In this document: piece by piece, positions 50,736 through 64,000 of the stretch
How positions within the stretch are numbered: position 1 is the stretch's first letter
Layout of the letters: each line of letters starts with the position of its first letter
Source of the DNA: Eledone cirrhosa
Lineage: Eukaryota
Length of the DNA stretch: 64,000 nt
NCBI GenBank assembly: GCA_964016885.1
Contig: OZ024742.1
Span: forward strand, 222,704,001 to 222,768,000
Reading direction: 5' to 3'
The notes under the pieces: generated by a model
What the model was told of the DNA's origin: nothing
Database searches by the model: none
Seen by the model: only the letters and a program-made list of their open reading frames with translations
Translations under genes and position numbers: made by a program

Positions 50736-52329
50736 ATCCTTGCAACAGAATGGGCGCAACAAAAACCTTTTTTCACAATTCTCTGTCCACTTTCATCTTT
50801 AGTTTCTAGGTAGATTCCAGGCCAGTATCCTGCTTCTGGTTGTCAGTGTATGTGATATGATGTCCATCACTGCCAGCTTCAGTTAATGGATATATTCCAG
50901 GGTAGTGTCTAGCTTCAAGTTGGCAATGTTTGTGACATGACATACACCACATGTCCATTATTGCCATCTTCAGTTCCTGGATAAATTTCAGGTCGGTATC
51001 CTGCTTCAAATTATTGCTGTATGAAGTTCACCACATTTTCCCACTCAGTACTGTGAATCCCACAGGACCAGCTTTGATATTTCCTCTTCTTAATGTACAT
51101 ATTGAAGGCATTCTTTCGGTTACGATGACAAGTGTTCCAATTGATCCGATTAACGGAACAGCCTGCTTGTGAAATTAGCGTGCAAGTGGCTGAACATTCC
51201 ACAGACACACAAACCCTTAATGTAGTTCTATGGGAGATTCAGCGTGACACTCAGCTGACAAAAATTAGTTGTACCTGTAAACAGTGTCCTGAGAAATTGA
51301 GTTAACATTCTCTGATTTTCTCATGTACTCTTGTTGGTGATAAAGCAGGCAATGAATTAAGCTATTGAGTATTATACCAAATCAGATTGGTTCATCTTAT
51401 ATGATCTCTACCAGTATTTATATTTAACAGTATTACTGATTGATTATATGAACATCCTCCTACTTCACCTGATATCTTGTTATGATGATTGGGACTGTTT
51501 TCATTTTTAGGTGCCACATCTTTTCAATCTCTATCTCTAGGTCTTCGTATTTATTTAGCTTTTCAAATTATTTTATTGATATGTTTTTATACACTCATAT
51601 TAATTAACTCTTAACATCCTGTAATGATTTATCAGAAAATATCAAAAAATGGGTTTGTAAATTAAAATGTTTATACTATCTTTACTCAGGGTGGAGAGAG
51701 AGGCACTGCACCCCAGTAAATTTACTGAAAGGTGGGTGAATGAAGCGAAAATGGCCCGAGTGATTGGGCCTTCTCTGTTTATAAGCCTGTAGGTTGAGGA
51801 AGAGAGCAAAAGGAAGAAAGGAGCACTTGCACAACACGCTCCTTGAGTTGAGGGTTGTTCTATCGACGGGGTATTAAACAACCCATTTGTGGCGCCTCCC
51901 CCCTATTGGGGATTTCGATTGTTGAAATTGTTTGTTTTTATATTTTTTACACGACTGTATGTAAAATCGCCGGCATGTCTTTGTATTGTCCCCTTTCTTG
52001 TTGCGCCCTTGTGGCTAATAAAGAAATCTATCTTTACTAGTGAACAGAGCATTGTGAAATTTTTTAGTAAACTAAAGGGAATACTTCATTTTTAATGTTA
52101 TGCTGCCATAGTTCTGTTTTATATTTTTGAAGAATGTTTTGCTAATGTCTTTTCATGTGGTACAGGATGTTACGGGTTAATTTGAAGTTTTATCTTTCCT
52201 GTCCTTGCTGGACTGTTTACTTCAATTTCCCAGTTACTATTATTATTTGTAACGCTTTTGTTCTGACATGTTATACCGACACTATACCAAGAGAGCGAGC
52301 CATAGACAATAGTTAAAGGTCCTTTGGGT

Positions 52330-52485
52330 CATTTCTTTTTCAACTTTCCAACACCCTTCTTAGAATTCTTGCTGTTCCCAGCAAGGCTGTTTTCTGCAAC
52401 AATCCTATCCTGATGGTAGTTCCCAGCTTCTCAAGCCATGCATCCAACCTTCTCCTAACTTCTCCCAGTGTGCCAACAATTATTA
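52330..52485 (-). mobile_element. R4/Dong-like non-LTR C-terminal fragment
   Basis: IIVGTLGEV...LLQKTALLGTARILRRVL. Confidence 0.7.
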
Positions 52486-52704
52486 TTATTAAGTTTAGGG
52501 TGGTGGATTGGCAATATCGGTAGAGGGCTGGACGCCATGCTTAGCTGCATAGAGTTACGGCCCTTTATGATCTGAATTCAAATCCCGCTGAGGTTAACTT
52601 TGCCTTTCATCCTTACAGGGTCGATTTAATTGACCTTCCCCTCCCCCGTAATTGCTGGCCTTGTGCCTATAGAAGAAACCATTATTATTATTAAACTGTC
52701 TACT

Positions 52705-54572
52705 GCAACTGGCATCAAAATGGGAGTGTTCCCAGTTCGGAAGTAACGCTGATAAGAAAAGATGAGAACAAGAAGGACACTTTAGACAATTTCAGGCCCA
52801 TAACTCTGCTTTACACAGAGTTTAAGATTTTGGCCAAGGTGTTAGTGAAGAGGCTGGCGTTGGTCATTGAAGGTCTGGTAGGAGATGCACAGACATGTGC
52901 AATCCTGACCAGATCCATACACAACAACCTTCACCTCATGCGATACATCATAAAGAGGGTAGAGAGTAAACCTGGCTCTGTTGGAGCTATGCTCAATTTC
53001 GATCAATTGAAAGCTTTCGATAGGGTTGACCATCGATACCTGGAGGTTATTCTCAAAGCAGCTGGCTTTGGTCCCGTCTTCAGAGGTTGGATTGCTGCAA
53101 TGCACAGTGGCATCTGTTCAGTGGTGAAAGTAAATTGCTACCTTTCAAAACCGTTTCAGATCATGCAATTGGTCCGTCAAAGGTGCCCCCTCGCCTCCCT
53201 TGTGTACTTATTGACTCTTGAGCCTTTACTGTGGAAACTGGAGCTGTGGAAGGGCTACATTGGCATATGCAGACAACATCACCATGATGGTGTCAAACAT
53301 CTCGGAGATTAAGATGGTTGGTACCTTCTTAGAGGAATGTGAAAGGTTGACAGGAGCAAAACAGAACCTGGAAATGTCGGTGGGTTTGCACCTGGAGAGG
53401 TAAATCCATGCCATTCAATAACATTGTCAGACGCTGGACGGACTGGTAAAGTTGCTAGAGGTCTGGTTCGGACCAGACCTTCAGGTGGATAAGAACTGGG
53501 ACAAAATAATAGCAGAGTGGCTACTCTCACCCAGAAATGGGCCAAGAGGAAGCTATCCTTGAAAGGTTGGGCTGAGGTGGCAAACTCATATATTACATCT
53601 GCCATCTATTACTGCCTGATCGTTGTGCCTTGCTCCTGTTTACACCTCACCAAATTGGAATGCCTGCTTTTCAACTTCTTGTGGAGGGGACAGATTCCAT
53701 TAGTGAAGAAGTCCATCTGCTGCCAGCACCCTCTATGCAGAGGGCTGGGCATGCCATGGCAGATGATGTGCAAACATGCACTGGAGCTATGGCATTTTCA
53801 GATATTCTTAAATTGTGAACAGGTGTGGTTGCCGTTTGTAAGACAGGCCTTTCTGTAGCTCATCTCTTTGATTGAACTGCAGACCTGGGTCAAGAAGAGA
53901 CTGAGACTGGGCGCCTGGCATCTGGAATGTTCCCTGATGCTCTCTGTCCTCTACCAGGTTGTCAATAAGGTCAGTGGAAATTCCATGCTAGCATCTATAG
54001 AGGATTAATGGTGGGAAAGTGCAACAACGCTTTCAGAGAGGCTCTGAATGTCAACAAAATTGAAGTGACCACTCTGTTCAGGAGGGCTTGGGAGCCAGGA
54101 ACTATAGATAACTTCCAGAAATCCCTCGCCTGGCATTGCTACTAAGGGGCATTGTCAATTTGAGATAAACTCTACAGGCACAGCAGTGCAGTCAGACAAA
54201 CATGTCCGAGATGCACACACAACAGTTTCAAGTGCTTCCCCCAATACATTTGTTAAAAGGTCAGTGAATATGTTGAAGATAGCCCATGTAAATGGGCTTA
54301 CTCTGATCATGTGCCTGTAGGCTGACTGATTTAGAGTGGAGAGAAGCAGCCTCATAGGGTGCTCTTCAAGCGTCAGGTGGTTTATGATTGTGGCGTTCCT
54401 AAGTCCCCACTGGGTGGTCCTCCCCTTATTAGAGAATTTTCATTGTTGTAATTCTTTTATTTATTATTTGTTTGTTAATTTCTTTCTACTTGATTTCTGT
54501 GTAAACCCCCACTGTCCCTGTCTATTGTATTGTCCCCTTTTTGTTGGCCCTTGTGGCAAATAAAAAGAAATG
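52705..54572 (+). mobile_element. Decayed Tx1/L1-clade LINE
   Basis: DNFRPITLL, KILAKVL, QTCAI, DQLKAFDRVDH, AYADNIT; ends aataaaaagaaa. A related 3' end lies at about 51690-52035. Confidence 0.88.
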
Positions 54573-54739
54573 ATAATAATAATTATTATTATTAATTGTA
54601 GTAGTAGTAGTAGTAGCAGCAGCAACAGCAGCCTATGCTTTGCACAGTAAATATGATAATGACTTGATATTCTACTATCTGTTGAGTCTCAACTGAACAG
54701 TCTTTTACAGGAGAGTAATTTATGATTCAAGGTCTATTT

Positions 54740-56500
54740 GCTGAAGATACTCTCTTAGTTTTAGTGGTGTCAAGCCCAAAGCTTCAATGACAACTGGAAT
54801 TATCTTGAGGTTGTTAGATAGTATTGACCACATTTGTGCAAGTCAGTATATATACTGTATATATATATATATATATTTTTCAAAATTTATTTCAAGTCTG
54901 TGTTGTGATCTGGGATGGTAACATCAATAATCTGGCATTTCTGCCTATTTCTGTATATAGCTACAATATCAGGTCTGTTGCGTTTTGTGTTCCTGACTGG
55001 TCTATTTGGATAGTGAAGTCCCAGTGTTTCAATCTCCTTTTTTAGATCACTGCAGGAAAGCCAAGAACTTTCAGTCATTAATTTGGACATTGTGCAAATT
55101 AGCCATGCAATGTCTTTCCAACTTTTATTTTCACAAAATAGACTCATCTTTTAAATTTTTCTTTACTCTCCATCTTTCCTTTTTTTTTTGAAGCACACTC
55201 TATAGTTCTTTTAATACTATTTATCAGGTAGTAATTAATGGCATGTCTTTCATATTCAATATGCATTTTATGTACAGCCAATTTACACTTACTTTTGAAT
55301 GTAATACATTATGCATGGTTATCATTTTCTTATTCTGCAGTCTATCTCATCAACTTCAGCTTAGTCCATTTGAGGATCTCAGAACTGTACCGTATCACAA
55401 ATACAGCCCTGACGTTTACAGCAAAAATAAAATTTCTTGCTTACAGTTAGGAGTTAAGAAGTTTTAGCTTATATAGATATGTTTTTTGTTACTTTGTCTT
55501 TCATTAGTCCATGTAATGTCTCATCAACCACTAGGTTTCATAGATATTTTATGATGCCAGTTACATGGGACTTTCTCCTTTTTTCATGTTGACAACTGCA
55601 TATTTTCCAATGCCAAATTCCATGCCTATGTTCTGGCTGCACTACTGGATTGTCTGTATTAGCAACTCTATTTGTGTTTCAGACTTCACAACCAGTTTCA
55701 AATTGTCAAACAACAGGTGGTTTAAAGATGGGTTGGAAGCATCTTTCCCCATATATCTTTATTTATATTAACTTTACCTTGGAATCTATTATATGAGTAC
55801 AAATTACTTCTTCAATTTTTCAGGCTAGATTCAACCAATTTGTTTAGATTTTCTGTCACATTAATCATCTTCATAGAGTAAAAATCCACAAATGGGGCAC
55901 TATACCGTAAGCTTTTTTAAAGTCTAGCCAGGTCATATTCAGGTTTGTCCTTCAGGATCTACAGTTTTTAATCACTATGTTCCCATTGATTTTTTTCCCT
56001 GCAGCCTTTTTGTTCTATAAGGAGGAGGCTGTTGGGTAAAAAGTGATGGTATTTTTCTCAGACAGTATTCCAGTCAAGTTTCCAAACTACGTTCAAGCAG
56101 GCAACAGGTCTGTAATTTCCAGCTACAGGATCTTTTGTAGGGTGATCTGCCCTTCAACCATCCAGCATGGCACCTCACTGTGCAATGCATTCATTAAGAT
56201 GGATACCAAAGATTTTATGTAGTGAATTAAAATAACTTAATTCAGTAGCTATGGATGCCATAGAATCCTGGAGTCTTCCATTTTGACAATCTTTTAGTCT
56301 GCAGATTAATGTTGTCACTATTGATTGTAACCGGGTCTTATTTAAGTCTTTTTTTCAAGCTATCTTTAGATATCACCAATTCACTCGGTCTTTATACTCA
56401 GGTTCACAGATGTTCCCCACAGGTTGCTCTAGAAGGTCGTAGCTTCATGTGGATCAAGTGTTAAATCTTTAAGACCATCATCTGTTAAGCTTCTTTTGAC
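54740..56500 (-). mobile_element. Decayed R4/Dong-like (RLE) non-LTR remnant
   Basis: NRPDIVAIYRNRQKCQIIDVTIP RLE motif near 54900-54990; upstream extent is approximate. Confidence 0.6.
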
Positions 56501-56824
56501 TGCATTCAAATAATCTCTGTTAGAACACAAACATTCTTTGTGTATCTCTGGAGTTTAATCTCTTTGTACATATTTGCTGTTTTACCTGTTGCATAAGCAT
56601 ATATAGGCTTACTTCTCTAAGCTGGTAAGTTTCTGGCCATCCTTTCTTTATCCTATTCCTTCTCTTTTCTCCACACACTTCTATGCCAACAATCAATTCT
56701 GCTGAAGTTTTTACATAGTGTTTTAATGTCACTTTCTATCCTTTATTTCCACCAGTGTTACATAACTTTATTATATTATCATCATGATTTCTGTGTCCTC
56801 ATTTTAAAATGTCTTATCTTGCAG

Positions 56825-56938
56825 ATGTTCAACTCAATTGATCATACGAAGAAAAATCAATTTTTAGAACAAACCAAGGCTGCCCGTGAAGAACGAGCAT
56901 TTGAACGAAGGAGAGATAATGCTGCCATTAAAATTCAA
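56825..56938 (+). CDS. UBE3B: Ubiquitin-protein ligase E3B coding exon 1
   Basis: MFNSIDHTKKNQFLEQTKAAREERAFERRRDNAAIKIQ resembles the UBE3B/C N-terminus; ttgcag acceptor directly before the ATG; gtaaat donor. Confidence 0.9.
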
Positions 56939-57239
56939 GTAAATATATATACATATATCATCATCACCACCATGCCACCATCATTTTGATGTATTTTAAA
57001 ATTGTTATTATATTTTTAGATATATAACTAAAATTTGTTCTTTTATTTATTGAGCTTTGCTGTCACCTCTAACAATGCTAACTCATGTACTGTTAGTAAT
57101 GCTCTCTACTTATCAATTTTCCTCTCACAAGCACCATACAGATATCACATTCTACTCCATTAATTTTCTATCTACAGGCATTGCATGTATCCGGTTTAGA
57201 ATAGGTACACCATATTCCTGCATGTTGTCTTCTTGTGAC

Positions 57240-57548
57240 ATCACTATATCAGTGTTTGATGTGAACCATGACATTCCACGCTGTTCGATCTCGGGCGAGA
57301 TCCCATACTTCTGCAGCTTTCATGTTGAAATTTTCAAAAAAGGACCTTCTTTGACGACCTCTGGCACACTTCCCAGGAATTTTTCCGCTAATGGAAAGGT
57401 CTTCCAGTATGTCTTTCCTGATGGCATGTCTTAGGAAGATTAGTTGTCTCTTTTTAATAGTAACCAGTATCTCATGTTCCATCTGCACTCTCTTCAAAAC
57501 CTCTTCATTATTTATTCGGTCGACGTACGAGATCCTGAGTATTCTGCA
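57240..57548 (-). mobile_element. RTE LINE 3' fragment in UBE3B intron
   Basis: LRISYVDRINNEEVLKR...RQLIFLRH...GKIPGKCARGRQR. Confidence 0.85.
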
Positions 57549-57687
57549 TGTTCTAAGGAGTGACTAAAAGAGTTGGTGTCAAGAAGAATGTTCAGCTGTA
57601 AAACATTGCCTCAAAATATCCCAGCCAACCCATGCTATCATACAAAGGTCAATATAAAAACGATGATGATGAGGTATCCACCGTAGA

Positions 57688-58068
57688 GATGATACCACAC
57701 TCACTCCACAATCTTCCACTCACAGACACCATATAGGTGATACCACACTCCACTTCACAATCTTCCACTCACAGATGCCATATATGTGATACCACATTCC
57801 ACTCCACAATCTTCCACTCACAGACACCATATAGGTGATACCACACTCCACTCCACAATCTTATACTCACAGACACCATATAGGTGATACCACACTCCAC
57901 TCCACAATCTTATACTCACAGACAACATATAGGTGATACCACACTCCACTTAACAATCTTCAACTCATAGACACCATATAGGTGAAATCATACTCCACTC
58001 TCCACAATCTTATGTTCACAGACACAATACCACACTCCACTCTTCATAATCTTTCACTCACAGGCACA
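57688..58068. repeat. Intronic minisatellite, about 49-bp unit
   Basis: gataccacactccactccacaatcttccactcacagacaccatataggt, about 7-8 copies. Confidence 0.9.
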
Positions 58069-58184
58069 AAATACTAAGGAGGGCTAATTGACAGCATAAG
58101 ATGAGAGACCCATTGTATATTTAAGTTAAATCAAATTGAATTAAATTGACTTGTGTTTAAATTGAAATTATTCTCCATTTACAG

Positions 58185-58234
58185 TCTTTGGTTAGAGGTC
58201 ATGTCTGTCGGATCAAACTACAAACACAAGTCCG
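58185..58234 (+). CDS. UBE3B: UBE3B coding exon 2 (completes IQ motif)
   Basis: SLVRGHVCRIKLQTQVR gives IQxxxRGxxxR with exon 1; tttacag/gtaagt. Confidence 0.9.
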
Positions 58235-59566
58235 GTAAGTTGAACTGTTTTTCATTATTGAATTACAATAATAAAATAACAACAACAGGCAGAGATTAGC
58301 CTTGTGGACCACATAACAGTCTTCTTCATTGCACCCTGTTATCTGCATCCGCCCCTCACCAACCCCGTGGCTTTAATTTCCTCCTCCGTCATCTTTGGTC
58401 ATGTCTTTTTAGTCTTCCTCTTCCTACATTCATTTCTGTCACTCCTCTCACCCAGTCACTTTCATCCTTCCTCAACACAATACCCAGTGAACTTATTCCA
58501 TTTCTCTTCACAACATTCATCACTGTTGCTATTCCTCTAACCCAATCACTTTCAACCTTCTTCAACACAACCCAACCATCTTAATCCATTTCTCTCCACA
58601 ACATTCTGCACTGATTCTATTCCTATCATCCTCTACAATTCATCAAAAAGACCCCATTACTGAATTATACAATAAGACACAATAGCTGTGGTGCTGAACT
58701 ATTAATCACAGGATAAACTATATGTATATATAACTGGAAAGTGAATAGTAAATGATGATGATGATGATATGTATAGTTATCACCATAATAATAGTTGATA
58801 TCTTTAAATAATAGTTGAGAAAATCGAGTAAAGTACACCCAGAGATTGAAAAAGTGAATAGAGGCACACACACGCACGCACGCACACACGCACACGCACC
58901 TTTATATAGTTCCAGTTAAACAAGACAAATACAAGGATACAATTACACAAAGTCTTATTAGTTTCGTGCTTGTTGAAAAAGGAAAATTTCAAGCTTCATT
59001 TTCCATCTACCAAATTCTACTCTCAAGGCATTGCTCAACCTGTGGCTATAGTAGGAAACACCTAAAGTTCCATGTAGTGGCACTGAACCTAATTACAAAG
59101 TGAACTCCTTAACCACACAGACTTGCTTGCACCTATATATACACAATTTCCAACCATTTGGTATTCCATATACCATATATTTTAGCTGATGAATTGGTAG
59201 TCACTAAAATGTCAGATACAATGCTTTGTGCTATTCATTTTTGCTCTCTGTGTCCTGAGTTCAAATCCCTTCAAGGTCAATAAAAAAAAGCACCAGTCCA
59301 GCACAGGGCTCAATTCTTCCTCTATATCTCTTTCTCAATTCCTCTCTCTCTCTCTCTCTTTGGAAGAAATCAGCTGTGTTCAGACACAGAGAAGAATGGG
59401 CTCTGCCAGGTTTAAAATGTCCAAGGATGCCATATGTCAATATGGCACCCCTACATCTCTATCAGGAGTTACAAGTCCATACATACATACATACATTCAT
59501 ACATACAGTATTAATTGTAGTTAACATTACCACTCCATTATTTGTTATATTTTGTTGTTGTTGCAG

Positions 59567-59637
59567 GCAGGAGTTGGATTTACTTCTTCAGATACCCCAG
59601 ACTATGGAGATGGAATATAATCCAAAACAACGACCAG
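59567..59637 (+). CDS. UBE3B: UBE3B coding exon 3
   Basis: QELDLLLQIPQTMEMEYNPKQRP; phase 2/1 fits the neighbours; ttgcag/gtaggt. Confidence 0.82.
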
Positions 59638-60205
59638 GTAGGTGACACAATGGATGGGTTTTAGAATTAAAATATCAGTATAGTAAAATAGTATTGAATT
59701 AATAGTGCACTCTGTACACTCTGTAAAGTGGCTGGAAACCACATGGAGACATTTCAAAATTTGAGGGGACTTTTCAGTCAAGCTGAGCATATAACAATCC
59801 CTCTAGTGCTGGTTCCACAATAAAATGTACCTAATACATTCTGCAAAGTGATAGCATTAGTTCCATGATAAAATGCACCCAGTCCACTCTGTAAAGTGGT
59901 AATGCTGGTACCACGATAAAAGGCACCCAGTCCACTCTGTAAAGTGGTAGTGCTGGTGCCATGATAAAATGCATTCAGTCCACTCTGTAAAGACGTATTC
60001 TGGTACCATGACAAAATGCATCCAGTACACTTTGTAAACAGGTAGTGCTGGTACTGTGATAAAATGCATCCAGAATACTCTGTAAGTAATACAATAAACA
60101 CTCAATTAAAATTATATCACATTATCTTTGACTATCTTCAGTTGTTTTATTAAAAAGTATTTTTTATGCTTTGACTTATTTATTTCTGTTTCTATTTTAT
60201 TTCAG

Positions 60206-60270
60206 TGTTGGAACTATTCTCTGCCTTAAAAAAGTTTCTCTTCATTTTTAACATCAAAGAAGACAAAAGG
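60206..60270 (+). CDS. UBE3B: UBE3B coding exon 4
   Basis: VLELFSALKKFLFIFNIKEDKR, similar to vertebrate RKLLFLFRIKEDNER as recalled; tttcag/gtttgt. Confidence 0.88.
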
Positions 60271-61473
60271 GTTTGTATTCTAATAATTAATTTCCTTCTT
60301 TGGTCGTAATTTTATATCCCTTTGTGTTGTAAGAAGTGACTAAATGGGTTGGTGCCGACATGGAAAAGTTGACATAAAAAGGATTGTGATGATGATATGA
60401 AGGTTGATAGACAACTTCAGAATTTATTGTTGTTTAGCCCCAAGTCAGCCTTGGTTCAGCAGGCCTATGAACAAAGACATCATTATGTTGCATGGCAGTG
60501 CGATATGAGTGGTGAATATAGAAGATATGTGAAGGCTGGAGAGTAACAAATTGGGATGCTCCATTGGATGTGTAATGTTAATGTACATGACTGCATGAAC
60601 AACAAAGTATGGATGGGCTGAACGAAAAACTGAGCATAAGAGAAATCAAATATGTGCAGCAGATTGCACTAGTCCAGACATATAATGTGTATGGATGATG
60701 ATCACTGGGTAAAGAGGTGTCACGAATTACAAGTGGAAGAGGAAGACCAAGAAAGACCTGGACAGAAATGGCAAAAGCTATCAAGAAACTACACTACCCA
60801 AAAGAGAGAGACAAATGGAGGGATGCTGTACTGGAACGGACTTACCTATACATACATATATACACATATATTAACCATGGCAGAGGAAGATCAAGAAAGA
60901 AGTGGGCAGTGGTTGTAAATGCTGACCTCAAGAAACTACATTCCACAAAGGTGATGACAAAGGAAAGAAACAAGTGGACAGATGTACTGGAGATGGAAAA
61001 ACCCCCCATAAAAATGATGATGCTGGTAATAAGCTGTTTACATTGATTTGACCAGGAAGGTTGGTCAGCAGCTTCAATTTTTAATATTGCTGTTTAGCTC
61101 TAGGTCAACCCTGATCCAGCAGATCTTTGAACAAAAAAGGGTATTTTTATCTGAAAGGACCATTTTGGGGTGTTTTTTCTTTGATGTTTACATCAATGAA
61201 AGATATTTTCTCTGTCTATCAAATTCAGCTCATAAGACATTGTTCAATCTGAAGCTATAGTTGAACACACTTGCACAGGGAGCCACACAGCGGGATCAAG
61301 CCCTGGTCCATGTGATTCCAAAGCAAACTTCTTAACCACATAGTCATGCTTGTATGTTTAATTTAGTGGATTTTATTAAGTGAAACACAAATCGTATCTT
61401 GTTTTTGATATTCCCAAATATCTTTTATGATGATGATGATGATGATGATGTATTGTTCCTTGTTCTTTTACAG

Positions 61474-61530
61474 AGGTATGAGTATGTCTGCCGTTACCTC
61501 CTTCTCAGTGTACAGTCAGACAGTATAAAA
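61474..61530 (+). CDS. UBE3B: UBE3B coding exon 5
   Basis: RYEYVCRYLLLSVQSDSIK; tttacag/gtaagt; phase 0/0. Confidence 0.88.
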
Positions 61531-63204
61531 GTAAGTCTTGTTTCATGTTTGTGAAATTTACTCATAGATACGGACATGTCATAAAGTTAAATATTGATTT
61601 CAAGGCCAGCAAATTTGGGGGAAGGCCAAAGTTGATTCAACCAACCCCAGTACTTAATGCATACTTTATTTTATCAACCCCAGAAGGATGAAAAGCAAAA
61701 TTGACTTCTGCAGGATTTGAACCCAGAAGGTAAAGAGGCAGAACAAATACTGCAATGGCATTTTATCCGACGCTCTACCAATTCTGCCAATCCACAAAAA
61801 GTAGATCAGAAAACAGTATAAATTGGCAGAATCAGTAGAACATCGGATAGAATATGTTGTAGTATTTGTCCCAGCTCTCTGCTCTCTGAGTTCAAATCCT
61901 GCCAAGATAAATAATAAAAGTACTGTATCTCTTTCTCTTTTACTCTCTCGCTCCTTCTGTGGAAGAAATCGGTTATGTTCAGACATGGAGAGGAGATAGA
62001 TTCCACTCGGTTTAATATGCTCAAGTCATGGTGTATGCCATGGCGATGCCCCTCCTACGACTCCATCAGGATTTACATAATATTACATGCAGCTGTAAAT
62101 TAGCTATTAATAACAAACATCATTAAGTTGTGAATCTCCCCTCCCATTCATTTCCCTTTCAAATCCCACCACTTGGTATACGCCCATGACATACTTTCTT
62201 ACCTCTCCTATCTGCCACAATACTCATCTCCATTGTTACCTCCCTCTACCTGTACCTCCTTCTATAGGGTAGAGAGGACTCTGCAGTTGAGTCAATGGCT
62301 GACAACCTCTCTGGTGCTGGTGCCATAAAAAAATGCACCTAATATATCTTGTAAGGCAGTTTGTGATGGGAGGGGCATCCAGCTGAAGAAACCATGCTTA
62401 AAAAGGGTCAAGAGGATTCTTCAGTTGAGTGTAGAGCTCAACAACCTCTCTAGTATCGGTGATCTACTTGATAAATGCACCAAGTACCCTCTGTAAAGTG
62501 ATAGGCGAAAAGAAAGGCATCCAGCCGTATAAAATTTGCCAGACTAAGAGTTGACAAAATTCTTCAGTTGGTCCATCTGAGAGGTCAGTGGAGATGATCC
62601 ATTCAACCTTTGCTAGCAGGGAGACCAGACGTTAACTGATAATGATGTTAAAGTGTAAAACAAAATTGTCTTGCAGTATTTGTTCCAGTTCAAATCTCAT
62701 TGAGGTAAATTTTGTCTTTCATCCTTTTGGAGTTGATTAAATAAAACACCAGTCAACGGCGGTGGATTGCCTTGTATTTGTTCCAGCTCTTTACATTCTG
62801 AGTTCAAGAGCAGTTGATTTTAATTTGTCATCCAGATTATACTATCACGTGGCCCTGAAATGCCTTTAGTGACATCTACTTTGTTGCAAGCATTCAGACC
62901 AGGTCTGCTTCCCTCATACCATTCTCAGAGATCTTGAAAAGAGTCATGGTTACTGCCCTTCCCTTCTTGACTAAATAGTAGAAAAAAAGATGTTACCGGA
63001 GGGATCCAATTTTTTCTATTTGTTTACAGATAAAGTATGCAGTGTTTTTAAATATGTGTGATTAAGATCAAATTGTGGTTAAGTGTTTGGAATTTTTTCT
63101 GAGAATATCTGCACTTTGTAACTCTGTAAGGTTATTTCTCAGGTTTTAAAGGTTATTTCTCAGACCTATATGAAATAAATTTCGTATAGGTCTGAGAAAT
63201 AACC

Positions 63205-63412
63205 TTTAAAACATTGCAAAACCATTAAAACATTGCAAGACCATTAAAACATTGCAAGACCATTAAAATATTGTAAGCCTATTAAAACAATGTAAGAGAA
63301 TTAAAGCCTTGTCAACCTTAAAAATGTAGGAGAATTAAAACATTGCCAGGCCATTCAAAACACTGTAAGGCCATTAAAGAGTTGTCAAGTCATTAAAATA
63401 TTGAGGCCATTA
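63205..63412. repeat. Minisatellite, 19-bp unit
   Basis: Repeats of cattgcaagaccattaaaa. Confidence 0.85.
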
Positions 63413-63456
63413 AACTGTTCTTTGTTTTATTTTGTTGTTTTTTATTTTATTTTCAG

Positions 63457-63561
63457 ACATCATATGTTGCCATGTCAATGCAAAAACAACATGTACTGGT
63501 ATGGATCCAACAGCTAAAGAATGTGTTATGGAATTGTTGTATCTGTCTCAAGTATCTCAAG
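63457..63561 (+). CDS. UBE3B: UBE3B coding exon 6 (gene continues beyond the window)
   Basis: TSYVAMSMQKQHVLVWIQQLKNVLWNCCICLKYLK, similar to the UBE3B motif WIQQIKNILWYCC as recalled; ttttcag/gtaaaa. Confidence 0.9.
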
Positions 63562-64000
63562 GTAAAATATTATTTCCTAAAAAACCTTTAGCATTTAAAC
63601 TGGCCATAACCGGCCATAATTGTCTCACCTCTTTCTGTTCAAATTGGCCGTAATCAACCACTCATACTGATGTTAAGGGATTTTTCTCAAAATAAATAAT
63701 ATCAAAATATCACAGACTCAATATTATGTGAGATAAAGCCTTTACCTTAAAAATACAGTAGTAAATATAGAGTAATGTAAATGCTAAAGGGTTAAAAACA
63801 TTTTAAGCCTGTTTTTGTATGGGTTGTCTGAACCTCATATTTGTTCATATTGCCTTTTTAAATATTTTTTTTTGCTGGTGTCATGTAAAATGCATCCAAT
63901 ACACCATGAAAGTAGTCGGCATTAGGGAGGATATCCAGCCATAGAAACCTTGCCAAATATGGAACATAATGAGCAAACTAGGTTGCTCTGATTTATTTGG

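Noticed and set aside
57688-58068. Regular repeats superficially like a CRISPR array (also at 27350, 30700, 50395)
   Set aside because: No unique spacers, no cas genes, eukaryotic context; these are ordinary minisatellites.
58933-58940. Second GTATCCTT U12-donor-like motif on the minus strand
   Set aside because: Antisense within a UBE3B intron with no supporting exon; likely chance.

Overview
AT-rich, repeat-dense eukaryotic genomic DNA. The SINE/LINE content and (TA)n/(GAT)n load suggest an octopod cephalopod, but that is inference only. Two genes are firmly supported. The first is a complete HSPA5/BiP (GRP78) gene on the minus strand: 6 coding exons, 21001->16730, 657 aa, signal peptide to KDEL. 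It has a predicted 5'UTR exon and a promoter with two tandem ERSE-like elements. The second is the first six coding exons of UBE3B on the plus strand (56825-63561; IQ motif; the gene continues past the window). The rest is mostly decayed transposons: RTE, RTE-X, CR1/L2, Tx1/L1, R4-like and CRE-clade non-LTR elements, a Penelope-like element, a mariner, MITEs and tRNA-derived SINEs, plus minisatellites and several long palindromes. Two further minus-strand spliced transcripts are hinted at (about 12.5 kb leftwards, possibly with a U12 intron; and about 38.8->23.6 kb), but I could not identify their products. I found no convincing new biological system. The findings are leads.
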